From Octopus sinensis (taxonomy: Eukaryota): DNA of 64,000 nt. The DNA lies in NCBI RefSeq assembly GCF_006345805.1, contig NC_043006.1:23932001-23996000 (forward strand), in the 5' to 3' direction. The notes below the pieces were generated by a model. The model did no database searches. It was not told the origin of the DNA and saw nothing but the letters and a program-made list of their open reading frames with translations. Shown piece by piece: positions 23,560 to 37,148 of the stretch; positions within the stretch are counted from its first letter, which is position 1; every line of letters begins with the position of its first letter. The translations under genes and the position numbers were made by a program.

Positions 23560-23975
23560 TTTTCTTCAACTCAAATTGCTTGGATGCATTGTGATACATT
23601 TTACGTTGTGCAGATCGATCTAGGCAATGACGTTCCCAAGATTTCAAGTTAAGCTGCAGAGATTCTAGTGATTGCTTCAACTTAACCTTTATACCTAAGG
23701 AGAGGTCTTCCTTTACAGCGATATCCCTCCACTTGTTGGCCATACAGAAGAATTTTCAGAATGTAGTCATCTTTCATCCAAACAACATGTCCTACCCACC
23801 TGCTCTCAATTCTCAGCAGCATGCTTTGGATACTGGAGATGTCACATTTTTCTAAGATTTTGGCATTGGATAATCTTATCTTGCCATTTTAAGTTGAAGA
23901 CTTTGTGCAAACAACACATGTAAAAGGTTTCAAGTTTCTTTATATGTCTGTATTAGGGAGTCCATGCTTCAGCTC
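23560..23975 (-). mobile_element. RTE ORF2 C-terminal remnant
   Basis: KKLETFYMCCLHKVFNLKWQDKI..RWVGHVVWMKDDYILKILLYG..KLKQSLESLQLNLKSWERHCLDRSAQRKMYHNASKQFE. Confidence 0.85.
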
Positions 23976-24258
23976 AACAATAATAATGATGGTGGTGGCT
24001 TCTTCTGTTAGCTACAGGGCAATCAGATGAGGTTTCATTACAAGGATAACTTACAATTCTGTACAGACATAGACACACAGACAGAAAAGGAGTTAGTTGA
24101 ATAAATTGATGCAGAAAGTGACTGTCACTATATCAACCTGCAGAGGGATAAGGTGCAAAGTTGATCCCAGTGGAATTTGAACACATGTAAATAGCCAGGA
24201 TCAGATGCTAAATACTAACTGATTTGACCAATTCACTGCTTCTGAATAAAGGTAATAA

Positions 24259-24385
24259 TACAGGATGTTCAAAAAGTCTCTCCACAGTGATTTTTTTCCC
24301 TCCAAGATGTATTTCAAAACATGTGTAGAAGAGTCAACTCACGTATTGAAAATGAAGGACGACACTTTCGACACCTCTTATAAAG
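24259..24385 (+). mobile_element. Internally deleted Tc1/mariner-type element
   Basis: TA followed by TIR-like caggatgttcaaaaagtctc, joined to CRRVNSRIENEGRHFRHLL* (Tc1-like C-terminus). Confidence 0.6.
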
Positions 24386-25213
24386 TTTTTTAATGTCTTG
24401 TAAAGTCTAATATATTATTTTATATACAGAGAGACTTTCTGAACAGCCTGTATTTATCTCTTACATTAAGCAAAGGTCACTAGCTTTAGAAGAGGGTGAC
24501 ACAGACCCCTACTTATCAGTACATGACAAGATATTTACTGTCATGACCCCAACATAAAGAAATTTAAAAATTATAATCAGCTAGAATCAATGAGGGAACC
24601 TCTACAACAGTTCTTAACCTGGTTAATAAATGGCCCAATTTTTTGAAGGCAAAAGGAGTGCCAAATGTTTTGTGGGGTGGGGTAACTTTTCTTCGAAATA
24701 GAATATTTAAACCAGGTACAACCCATGCAAGCATGGCAAAGTAGACAATAAACAACGATGATGATAAATATATTCATCAGCATCTTTCAACATCCACTTT
24801 TCCATTCTTTTCTACTCTAGGCACAAGGCACAAAATTTTGGGGGAGGAGGCCAGTCAATTAGATCGACCCCAGTACGCAACTGGTACTTAATTTATCAAC
24901 CCTGAAAGGATGAAAGGATTTGAACTCAGAACGTAAAGACAGACGAAAGAAATACCGCTATGCATTTCACCCAGTTCAGCACCCATGAGTCAAATGGAGT
25001 TTATCAAGGCAAATTTTTTTGCAACAGTCAGGAGCCCTTCCTGTCACGAACCCATACCTGTTTTGAAGGAAGGTAACAGTTCCTCATGACCAGACATGCT
25101 CTCACAGAATTGTGGAAATTTATGACCCTGCTTGTATGACAGGGACAATCATTTACAACTATCACATGATGTCAAGATGACACAAACATACTTGCACATA
25201 CATACATATATGT

Positions 25214-25253
<40 letters not shown>

Positions 25254-25679
25254 ATGTAATCTTTGCTGATTAATGCAAACTGGCTTTAAATTGGGACTCA
25301 TCAGTTAAAAATAAAATGTTAATGTCTGCATAAAATTACTAAAGGTTACTTTTTAACCCTTGTTTTGGTCCTGACTGAGCCAGCCTTCTCTATCTAGTTG
25401 TGAAGAGATGATAAGTATGAGATCTCTGTATTAGATGTCAGAAGCCAAGTTTGGAGAAGCAGGTTCAAATCACAATAAAAGCTAACCTAGTCATGGCAAA
25501 TGAGGAGGTATCTCTCAGAGATGGAGATTGACTGGAACTCTGCTTGATGAGTCACCTGGGAGGACCTGGGAATACACCGACAAATGATGAGTACAGCAAT
25601 GCACTGCAACAATGCATCCCTGCACATAACCTAACACATCCCAATTCAGAACAGGAAAGTATTTATTTATTAAATCTAT

Positions 25680-26047
25680 TACTCTTTTACTTGTTTCTTT
25701 CATTTGACTGCTGCCATGCTGGAGCATTGCCTTTAGTCGAGCAAACTGACTCCAGGACTTCTTTGTATGCCTAGTACTTATTCTATTGATCTCTTTTGCT
25801 AAACTGCTAAGTTACAAGGATGTAAACACACCGGCATCGGTTGTCAAGCTATGTTGGTGGGACAAACACAGACACATTTATATACGATAGGCTTCTTTCA
25901 TTTTCTGCCTACTAAATCCACTCCCAAGGTTTTGGTCGGCCCAAAGCTATAGTAGATGACACTCACCCAAGGCGCCATGCAGTGGGTCTGAACATGGGAC
26001 CATGTGGTTTGTAAGCAAGCTACTTACCACACAGCCACTCCTGCACC
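25680..26047 (-). mobile_element. SINE family A, full length
   Basis: Head and tail intact. Confidence 0.9.
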
Positions 26048-26361
26048 TAATTATTATATTTATTTAATCTTTTTTTTGGCAACATGCTGGCAGACTCATT
26101 AGCATGCCAGACAAAATGCTTAGCCTGTTTTTGCATTCTGAGTTCAAATTCTGCTGATGCTGACTTCACTTTTCATCCTCTTTTCAGTGTTGTTGAAATA
26201 CATACCAGTTGCATACTGAGGTCAATGTAATCGACAGGTCCTCTCCCATTAAAATTTCAGGCCTTTTGCCTATAGTAGAAAGCGTCATTTAACTATTTTA
26301 AATATTTCAATGAATCATCTTTTCAACAGTCTCCTTCATTGCCAAACATTTCTTTTATTAG

Positions 26362-26530
26362 TTGACCCTTTTGCATTTAAACCAGCCATATCGGGCCCAA
26401 ATATTCTACCTGTTTTTATGTGCAACCTAACTAGGTCAGGCCTCTTACACCCAACAATGTCATTCTAAAAATAAGCATTCACATCACCGAAATCTCAAAG
26501 CTACAAGACAAGGCATGATTAATTCGAAAC
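26362..26530. mobile_element. piggyBac-like MITE fragment
   Basis: Starts ttgacccttttgcatttaaacc (TTAA-CCCT-type end); the matching opposite-end motif is seen at about 29275-29313. Confidence 0.5.
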
Positions 26531-26607
26531 AATGTGATTAAATAGGTATTATGTTTGACAGAGTAATGTGAATGCTAAAGAGTTAATGATACAGGTGTGA
26601 GAGCAAG

Positions 26608-26653
<46 letters not shown>

Positions 26654-27984
26654 TGCGTACCTGTGTGTACATATTTGTACATTTGACATTGTATATTTGA
26701 TTGTCATGAGCATAGGTGTGTTAAAAAGTGCGTATGCAAATGAAAGAGCAGCCATGCAGTCTAGTTAACAAAGAAAGAAAATGAATGAGTGTATGTGAGT
26801 GAATGAGTGTGGACGTGTGGCAGTGTGTAGAGGTGATAGTGAGCATATGTGTATGATTGAATGTGTGTGAGTGTGTGAGGACATCTTAGTGAATGAGAAT
26901 ATTGGAAATTGTTCTCTAAAGCCAGTTTGTCAATAGATGGTTGCAAAAAAAAATAAACAGATTAATAACACAAAAGAAATAAACAATTAACAATAGATGC
27001 AGGCATGGCTGTGTGATTAAGAAGTTCATTTCAAATATATGGTTTCAGGTTCAATCTCATTGCACAGCACCTTGAATCAAAAACTTACTTGTGAGTAAAA
27101 TTTGGTAGACAGAAACAGTGCAAAACACTGTTGTCTAGGTACACACACAAACACACAGATAGATACATACATAGATATAGATATAGATACATCATAGACA
27201 GACAGACAGACATAGATAGATACGTATATATGTACATTTGTGTGTGTGCATGTCTGTTTATATTTACACTTGTCTAAATATTGCAAGCTGCAAGCAGTGT
27301 TATATGGTAATTTCCTGGTCAACATATCCACTGGCTTTGCGCCTTTGAAGAACTGTGAAATTGAAATAAGATTTCTCTTACTTGAAGAACAGGTATGGAT
27401 TAGCGACAGAAAGTACATCTGGCTACAAAACAATGCCTAAATAATATATTCATCTAACCCATGCTAGCACAGGAAAACGGATGTATAAAAACAAATGGAA
27501 ATAAATGAATATATACATTGCTTGTATAATGGTGATGTACATTTACAGTGATAATATTGAGACACAGGAACACACAAACACAAGCACACATACACATATG
27601 TATTATAAACAGACATCTTTCAGTGTCAATCAATTGAATCAACTCACAAGGCTTTGGTTAGCCTAGGGCTATAATAAAAGACACTTGGCTGAGTTGCTGT
27701 GCATGATAAAAACAACACTCTTCCTCAGTATTATCAGCTAAGAATAAGAGTGGAGTGTGGAACTATCTACTGGGCCTAATCCTTTTGACATGACAACTTC
27801 CAGTATACTGTATATACTGTAGGTGAGTGTGTTTGTAGTTGTGTCTGTGTTAATGCTGGCATGAAAACTATTGTTTATATTGTGTCCTTTTATATTTTGA
27901 GACTTAACAGTTCTACAAATAGAGACCAATAAAATAAAAGTACCAGACTGAAATAAGAACAAAAGTCAATATCATCATCACCCC

Positions 27985-28335
27985 CATCATCATTTAACGT
28001 CTGTCTTCTATGCTGGCATGGGTTGGACAGTGTGACTGAGGTCTGGAAAGCCAGTGGTTGCCCTAGGCTCCAATCTGATCTGGCAAGGTTTGTAACGCCA
28101 ACCACTCCGAGAGTGTAGTGGGTGCTTTTTACATGCCACGGGCACAAGAACCAGTCAAGGGGCACTGGCATCAGCCATGTTCAGATGGTGCCATTTTACG
28201 TGTCACTGGCATGGGAGCCAGTCAGGCAGATTTGGTATTGACCATGTTTGGATGGTGCTTTTTACATGCCACCAGCACAGGAGCCAGTCAGGGGCACTAG
28301 CCACAGCCATGATTATGGTGTTACTTGACTCAACT
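27985..28335 (-). mobile_element. RTE-type 3' UTR/tail
   Basis: catcatcatttaacgtc..tgctggcatgggttggac tail plus ggtgctttttacatgccac repeat units; similar copies at 23095-23250, 29545-29905, 31070-31290, 31990-32485 and 37770-37970. Confidence 0.8.
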
Positions 28336-28429
28336 AAAATTCCTCAAAGGCTTTGCCCAAGAGTTACTGCAGCCTAACAAGTGAAACATGTAAAAGAAGA
28401 GGAAAAGAAACCATGGCAACATAACTATT

Positions 28430-29050
28430 GATAGTTCTGAGGGAGATGGGGAAGGATGAAGAAATTTAGGAAGAGGTAGGGAGAGAATTAATTAGTGGAG
28501 ACAATAGTAAAAGAGAGAAGGAAGTCAGCAGAGTGATTGGGATATAGGAGAAAGAAAGGGAGGTGCAGAGAAAGAATGAGAGGTGTAGTTAGAGTGAATT
28601 AGTGACAATAGGGAGACAGGGTGTGAGCAACAGGAGAGAGAGAGAGAGAGAGAACCGGGGTGGGGAGGAAAAGAGTGATAGAGACAGTAAGAATGAGTGA
28701 AAGAGGGGAAGAAGGGAGGTAGAGTTAGTACAATGCCAGAGAGGGTGCAGTAGGAAAAGACTAACAGAGAGACTGTAACAGCAGAAAACAAAAGAGACAG
28801 TGAAAGGGAGAGTAAGAATGAGTGAGAGATAGAGAGAGTGTTAGGGTGAGTACAACACTAGGGAAAGAGAGGGAGGAGAGTTGGAGATGGGGGGGAGAAA
28901 GTATGACAGATACAGTAAGATTAAAATAACAGGGATATAGAGAGAAATAAAAAAAACAATAATTGGAGGGGAGGAGAAAATTAGACAGGGAGAGTAGGAG
29001 GAAGTCAGTAGGGTGAGGAGAGAGAGAGAGAAAAGCAGGAAACAATGAGA
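28430..29050. repeat. Polypurine (GA-rich) low-complexity tract
   Basis: Direct inspection. Confidence 0.9.
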
Positions 29051-30269
29051 AAAACTATCCTTAATACTTAATCAAGCATTTATAGAACAGAACAATTAAT
29101 ACTCGTTACCTGCCAGTGCCTCTATGTGGCTGCTCCACCTGCTAGAAATAGCAGCCACATCTCAAATAAAACCCCATTGCCTCAAAAAAAAAGTGAAAAG
29201 AAAAAAAAAGCAAGGATAAACTGGAAAGTGCTGTTCTAAATCTGAGTGGATTAAGCATAAAGTCGGTAAAACATTTGGGCCAGATCTGGCCAGTTTAAAC
29301 GTTGAAGGGTTAGGTTTTCTTCACCCAGATGCTCTTCCTGTCACCAACACTTACCTATTTCTAAACATATTTTCATATAATGTCATTAATTTCCATAAAT
29401 AACATCCTGGCCATGAAAACATTTATGACAATCATGCAATATCAAGACAAAATGACACTAACACACACAACCAAATATATCATCATCATCATTTTGACAT
29501 CCACTTTGTCATGCTTGCATAAATCAGAGTTCATTGAGGCAGATATCATCATCATCATCATTTAACGTCCATTGTCCATGCTGGTATGGGTTTGACGGTT
29601 TGACCAGGGCTGGTAAGCTGAAAGGCTGCACCAGACTCCAGTCTGATTTGGCATGGTTTTCTAGAGCTGGATGCCCTTCCTAATGCCAACCACTCCAAGA
29701 GTGTAATGGGTGCTTTTACGTGCCACTGGTGCCATTTGTGTGACACTGGTATCTACCACGACAGCAATTCTGCTCGGCTTGATGGGTCTTCTTCTCAAGC
29801 ATGACATAATGCCAAAGGTCTGTCATTGCCTTCATGAGGCACAATGCTCAAAAGGAACTCAAACGGTTTGCCTCCTTGGGGCCCAACACTTGAAAGGAAC
29901 TCAGCCACTTTGCTACAAATATATTGTGTATATTAAATGACATTTATCTCTCACTGGTTGTAGTAGTTTTTTGTTGTATATACAATGGGCTTCTTTCAGT
30001 TTCCATCTACCAAATCAACTCACAAGGTTTTGGTCAGCCAAACCCTAGAAGACACTTGCCCAAGGTGACATGTGATGGGACTGAACTCAAACCCAAGTGA
30101 TTGGGCAGCAAACTACTTAACTACATGTTTGCTTTTTCTATATGCATGCAAAACTACAGAATGGTCAAGGCTGGAAAGCCTTTGAGTATAGGTTTGATTT
30201 GTCAGAACTGAATTGGGGCTAAGTAACAACAGTAATAATTTATAGGTATGAAAGGTGAGAGATAAAAAT

Positions 30270-30565
30270 CAGTGTGTGAGAGTCAATGTGCAAGTATAAG
30301 AGAGAGGGAGAGAGGTGGAGAAAGGGAGAGATGAAAGAGATGGAGGAAGGGAAAGAGGGGGAGGAAAAGAGAGAGAGGAAGAGATGGGGAAAGAGTGGTA
30401 TGGAGAGGGGAGAGGAGAGGATATGGAGAAAAGAGGGGAGAGAAGAGAGGAGATGGATAAAGAGGAGAGGAGAGAGTGAGAGGAGGAGGATGAGGGAGGG
30501 AAGGGAGAGAAGAAAGGGAAAGAGGGGGACAGCGGGAGGGGAGAGGGGGGGAAGGAGAGAGAGTG
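30270..30565. repeat. Polypurine (GA-rich) tract
   Basis: Direct inspection; generates the E/R/G/K ORF 30286-30582. Confidence 0.9.
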
Positions 30566-33500
30566 CCATGCAGTGGGACTGAACCCAGAACCATGTGTTG
30601 GGAAGCAAGCTTCTTATTACACAGTCACACCTGCACCTCTAAAGTGCTTGAACAGAAACGTGTGTGAATGTACAATGTAAAAATGAATATAAAAGTGGAA
30701 GTGTATGTACTCTACGTGTGCGTGTGTGCATAGGTAACAGGACAGACAGGTAGAGACAAGCTAGAGGACTCCTACCTACACAGGGATTTGTTTGATAAGG
30801 GGTGGGGGGGAGTAATAAATACAAAGTGCTTCACAGAATCAATGAAGTTGAGTAGGAAAGGTAAGGGAGGAAAGAGAGAGAGAAACAAGTGGCGTACAAG
30901 TTATGAGGCAAGGAGGTGGGGGCAGACTGGTTGGGGTGTCTTACACATTAACACATGTGGCAGTTTCTGTTTCAACATGTGTACTATTGATCTAAAGTAA
31001 ATATTTACAGGTACATAATGAATGAGTGGTGAGCTACCTGTTACTTTTCTGTGTATATATCATCATCACCATCATCATCATCCTTTAACGCTTGTTTTTT
31101 CATGCTAGCATGGGTTGGATGGTTTGGCAGGAGCTGGAAAGCCAGAGGACTGCACTAGGCTCTATTATCTGCTTTGGCATGGTTTCTACAGCCCTTCTTA
31201 ATACCAACCACTTTACAGAACGCACTGGGTGCTTTACACATGTCACAAGCACCAGTGGGGGGTCACCAAGAAACTTGTAAGACAATGACCTTTTGAATGA
31301 GAAGGGGAGTAGTATTGAAAGAGGTGGTTTTGTGCCAGCTGGTGAGAGTTAAAACGTATAAGGAAATAGAGATAGGGGTCATACTGTGGAGATTACATGG
31401 CTACCCCTGTTGGAAACAAGAAAGACAGGAGGATGGTGGTGGAGATGTGTTGGGACATACTCTTATGGTACAGTTGTGGGGTGAATATAAATGAAGTGGA
31501 AGAGAAGATTGGACAGGGTGAGTGAGCAGAGGATGGGGTATACAAAGGGTAACAATGAAGCCTGGTGCAGCTTCCAGTCTTGTCACCTCCCATCAAACTG
31601 TCCAACCCAAGCCAGCAGGGAGAATGGACATTAAATGATGATGTTACATACATATACAATAGGCTTCTTTAAGTCTCCACCTTTCAAATTCACTCACAAG
31701 ACTTTGGTCGGCCCAGGTCTATGGTAGAAGATGCTGGCCTAGGGTGCCACACGGTAAGTACCTTAGGCAAATGTCTTCTACTATAGAACCTAAAACCACA
31801 TGAAGAAGCAAACTTGTTCACTGCACAGCTAGAACTGTGTCTCATGTGCATGCACATGCACAGACACACATAGTGACTCTCACCCTAGAATTTGGCATAT
31901 GAGAATCCATTGTTTGAGCAGCCAGCTCAACAACTTAGTGCATGAAGTGGTTGAGTATCTCAGATACATGTATCCTTAACATAATCATCCTCATCATCAT
32001 TGTATAAAAGTCTATTTTCAATGCTGGCATGGGTTAGACGGTTTGACTGGGGACTGGCAATCCAGGAGGCCACACCAGGCTCCGATCTTATCTGACAAGG
32101 TTTCTACAGCTGGATGTCCTTCCTAATGTCAACCACTCCAAGAGTGTAATGGGTGCTTTTTACATGCTACCAGCATGGGAGCCAGTCAGGCAGCACTGAC
32201 ATCAGCCACATTCAGATGGTGCTTTTTACATGCTACTGGCACAGGAGCCAGTCGGGACGGAGGTGGGGGCTGGCATTGACCAAATTCAGATGGTGCTTTG
32301 TATATGCCACTGGTACAGGGACCCACTCAGGCAACACTGGCAACAAATGCATGAATGGTGCTTATTGCATGTCACCAGCACAAGAGCCAGCCAGGCAGCA
32401 CTGACATCGGCCACAACTACAATTTCCATTTTTGATTGTGACTTAATTTTTGATTTTACTTGACTCAATAGGTCTCCTCAAGCACAATTCTAAGGTACTT
32501 TTAAATCTTGAAATAAAATCAGCATGACACAGAATGACATAGCTTGGACTTGAAAAATTACAGGAACAGACAACCCAACAAGCTTCTACACAGTCTTCAT
32601 CTACCTATATTCACTAACGAGGGGATCAACCTTGGGACCTCATGATTGTAACACAAACTAGTTAACCCCTTACCTATGCCTGAATACATAATCCTCATCG
32701 TTATTTAACATCCACTTCTCCATGTTTGCATAAATTGGATGGGATCAATCAAATGAACTTTGTCCTTCCCATCACCGGTTTCTAAGTAAGGCAATATTCT
32801 TCATGAGCAGACATATTTTCATGGAAGACTGGAAATGAAGGACACCTCTTGTATAACAGTTCATTTACGACTATCACATGATGTCAAAGTAAGGAGACGA
32901 TAACACACATACACACACACAACAAGCTCCTTTCAGTTTCCACCAACCAAATGTGTGTGTGTACTTGTTTCTCTGTGTTTTGACATCACATGATGGTCGT
33001 AAACGAGCATCACCATCGTACAAGTGGTGTTGTTGGTTTCTAATCTTCCTTGAAAATACATCCAGGGAAATAATATTATGCTTGGAAACAAGTGAGGATT
33101 GGCAACAGGAAGGATACTTAGAAAATATATAAGAAACTGAATAAAACATTCACTGGTATAGCAAACAGCTGCCTGGCTAAATAAAAATACATTATATGCA
33201 ATGGAAGCAGTATTAGACTAAAATAGCTGTCTATGTATCATACTTAATGAAAACATCACTAAAAGGAAAACTACAGCAGCATTCATCCAAAGTTTAACCT
33301 AATACTGCTTCTAGTGTGTACAAAGGTGTAGCAGTGACGAAATCTGGTCAACTAAACATGTTAACATGCTGCCCCAGCATGACCACAGTTCGATGACTGA
33401 AACAAGATAACAAGATAAATATATATATATCAGGTCATCCCATAAGTTCTGTCCGATTTTACCTTCTTTAAAATTGAATGAAATTTAATAGTATTTTAGA

Positions 33501-34400
33501 ATGTCCAATGGAATTAAAAAAACAAGACAGGCAACATAAAGAACATTCCCTTCATCAGTTGTCCTCTGGTTTATCTACTCCACATTTCGAAGGTAGGGAC
33601 AAGACGCAACTTCATTAAAACAGTCCTTCCCGCAAAGCAAATTAAATAAAATTTGGAATTTTTTGCAGAGGGTTAAAGTGGTAACAAAAACAGTGAGAAC
33701 AAAACAGTAAAAACGGTGAGGGCTGTTAAGCCAAGACAATATGAAGTGGTGAACGCTGGGAAAATGAGCTTTGAGAAGAGAGGCAAAAGCACGTCTTGTC
33801 TTTAGGAAGGAAGTGGAAGAAAGATGGATAGCCGTTGGTCACATGTGAGCAATGAGAGTCAAGAAGGAAGAGTGAGAGAGAGAGGGAATGGTGAAGGGGA
33901 GAGGAGAAGAATAGGGAAAGGGCGGGATATATATATATTTGTTCATTTATATATATTCTCATTGCTGGACTACAGTCTGATGATAGCTTAACTGATTGAA
34001 ACTTTGAAGTCACTGTCAACAATATCCTTGTATTCTACAAAAGTATGGAATAACCCCACCAGGTTAATGTAAAATTGTTTTTATTAGAACAACATAAAAA
34101 TAAACATATATATATACACACACACTCACATACAATTAAACACATCTCCATCACTGATTTATTTTTTACTTCAGGAAATGTATTTAATGAGATGTTCAGG
34201 TGCCTATCCTAGTTGTTCCTAATAACATTGTGAAAAAATCTAGAGCAAGTAACTATACAAATGTGAGTATGTTTGTGTGAGAGAGAGAAAGACAGACAGA
34301 CAGACAAACAGTGTGTGTGTGTGTGTGTGTGATGAATGGGGAAACATGCATGACTACAGACACATGCAGAGTTGTGTGGTTGAGAAGTTAGCTTAGATAC

Positions 34401-36528
34401 TTAACCCTTTCTTTACTGGTATTTATTTTGAAATACTTCATGTTTCTTTCAATTTACTTTAAATATAACAAAGAATTTAGTAAAATGACTTAGTTATCAT
34501 TAAGCTAGTGTTAGGAACATAAATTGTGACTAAGGTTTGGTGGAAGATTTTAATTCAGAACTTATGAAAACAAGGCATTTGTACTACAGAGACAGAGGCA
34601 GTTTCAGTCAGGTTGGTATTGAAAGAGTTAAATTAATCATTTGTTAACCCTTTTGTTACCATATTCCTGTTGAGATGCTCTGTGTTTCTTTCAGAGAAGT
34701 TTCAGGTGTGGAAGCAAGGATTAGAATCAAAGGGCCTTAGAGTCAACCTAGCTAAAACCAAAGTCCTAATAAGTAGGAAAGCAGACAAACCACAAATCCC
34801 TTCAGGTAGATGACCCTGCTCTATGTGTAGAAAAGGCATAGGTAGAAACTCTATAAGATGTACCCAGTATAAGCTATGGACACATAAGAGGTGCAGCAAT
34901 ATCAAAGGAAGGCTAACTAGGAAGATAGTTTTTGTATGTGGCAGATGCTCAGGAGCAATAAACACTGAAAATGTGCAGAGAACAACTTCTGCTACAGTCC
35001 AGAGAGAAAAACTAGAAGTAATTGATAGCTTCCTTTATCTAGGTGACCAAGTCAGTAGCAGGGGTGAGTGCTCTGAAAGTGTAGCTGTTAGAATAAGAAT
35101 AGTTTGGGCAAAGTTCAGAGAGCTCCTGCTGGTGACAAAAGGCCTCTCACTCGCTCACAGTAAAAGGTAGACTGTATGACGCATGTGTACAAACAGCCAT
35201 GCTACATGGCAGTGAAACATGGGCCGTGACTGCTGAGGGCAAGTGTAAACTTGCAAGGAATGAAGCCAGTATTCTCCGCTGGATGTGTAATGTCAGTGTG
35301 CATATTCAGCATAAGAAGCATCAGATATGGTGTGCAAGAGTGATGACTGTGCTGTTATGGTCATGTGGTGAGAATGAATGAGGATAGCTGTGTGAAAAAG
35401 TGTCACACCCTAGGGGTAGAAGGAACCTGTGGAAGAGGTAGACCCAGGAAGACTTGGGATGAAGTAGTGAAGCACGACCTTCAAACATTAGGCCACACCA
35501 AGGCAGTGACTAGTGACCAAGACCTTTGGAAATATGCTGTGCTTGAGAAGACCTGGCAAGCTAAGTGAGACCATAACCCATGGCCTATGCCAGGGGTGAA
35601 ACCAGCCCACTTATGCATACCTTTCCTTCATTGGACATTAAACTCTGCTTGCGAAGACCTGTTGAGGCAAGTGAAATCGAAATCAAATTCAATGATAGCA
35701 CTGCATGACTGGCATCCGTGCTAGTGGAGTGCTAAGAGCACCATCTGAGCATGATCGTTGCCAGGGTTGCTGACAGGTGGCACGTAAAAAGCACCATTCA
35801 AGTGTGATCATTACAAGCATCGTCTTGGTGGCACGTGAAAAACAACACTCGAGCAAGGTCGTTGCCAGTGCCACTGGACTAGCTCCTGTGCAGATGGCAT
35901 GTAAAAAAACACCATTTGAGCGTGGCCATTGCCTGTACCACCTGACTGGCTCCTGTGCTGGTGACACATAAAAGCACCCACTACACTCTCAGAGTGTTTG
36001 GCATTAGGAAGGGCATCCATCTGTAGAAACTCTGCCAGATCAGATTGGAGCCTGGTGCAGCCATCTGGCTCGCCAGTCCTCAGTCAAACCGTCAAACCCA
36101 TGCCAGCATGGAAAGCTGAACAATGATGATGATAATCATGAATTTAGTAAAATAACTTAGTTATCATTAAGCTGGTGTTAGGAACATAAATTGTGATTAA
36201 GGTTTGGTGGAAGATTTTAATTCACAACTTATGAAAACAAGACATTTGTACTATAGAGCCAGAGGTAGTTTCAACTGGGTTAGTATCGAAAGGGCTAAAT
36301 TAATCATTTGTTAACCATTTTGTTACCATATTTCTGTTGAGATGCTGGGTGTTTCTTTCAACTGATTTTAAATATAACAAAGAATTTAGTAAAATAACTT
36401 TGTTATCATTCAGCTAGTGTTAGGAACTATAAATTTGGTGGAAGATTTTAATTCAGAACTTATGAAAATAAGACATTTGTACTCAAAGCCAGATCTGGTT
36501 TCAGTCGGGTTGGTATTGAAAGGGTTAA
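34401..36528. mobile_element. Three tandem piggyBac-like MITEs (34401-34631; 34644-36298 split by the RTE; 36311-36528)
   Basis: TTAA-ccct..aggg-TTAA-type ends and near-identical bodies; the same taatcatttg spacer sits between copies. Confidence 0.75.
34700..36135 (+). mobile_element. 5'-truncated RTE LINE (ORF2 remnant about 34700-35566 plus 3' UTR)
   Basis: GLRVNLAKTKVL..CSMCRKGIGRNSIRC..HKRCSNIKG..VCGRC..KLEVIDSFLYLGDQVSS..MLHGSETW..RGRPRKTWDEVVKHDL. Confidence 0.92.
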
Positions 36529-36879
36529 GATTTCTCAGCTTGTCTCAGGAGTGTAACATGCAGACTGCGCTGGGTAGAGTTTCTTGAGAGGACCAATGTC
36601 TCAGTCTTCGCAACAGTAACTCTCATTCCTGCCTTGCAACACTCAGCAGTGAATCCATTCAGTGCTAAGGTTTTCCAAAGTTTGGCTTCAATCGTATTAC
36701 CAATGCAGAAAATAATTCATTTTAAGTAAGTAACTTTTTTTTTTACTTCAAAAATATAATATAAAATGAAAATATTAAAATAAAGTGTTTTCATCACCAT
36801 TCTTGTTTAACATCCATTTTCCATGCTGGCATGGGTTGAACAGTTTGACAGAAGCTGGCAAGCCAGAGAGCTGCACCGT

Positions 36880-37148
36880 TAAGTTACAGGGACATAAACA
36901 CACCAACATTGGTTGTCAAGCGATGTGGGGGAAGGACAAACACAGACACACAAATATACACACAAGCACATATATGTATATCCATACATATATATATATA
37001 TATATATATATGACAGGCTTCTTTTAGTTTCCATCTACCAAATCCACTCAGAAGGCTTTGGTAGGCCCAAGGCTATAGTAGAAGACACTTACCCAAGGTG
37101 CCACACAGTGGCACTGAACCCAGAGCCATGTGGTTGGTAAGCAAGCTA
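36880..37148 (-). mobile_element. SINE family A, 3'-truncated
   Basis: Family A internal and head segments. Confidence 0.85.

Noticed and set aside
30286-30582. E/R/G/K-rich ORF
   Set aside because: Read-through of a polypurine tract
33540-33620. Minus-strand cttcgaaa..ctgatgaagg motifs
   Set aside because: Cannot be folded into a valid type I or II HHR; the cleavage position would be G
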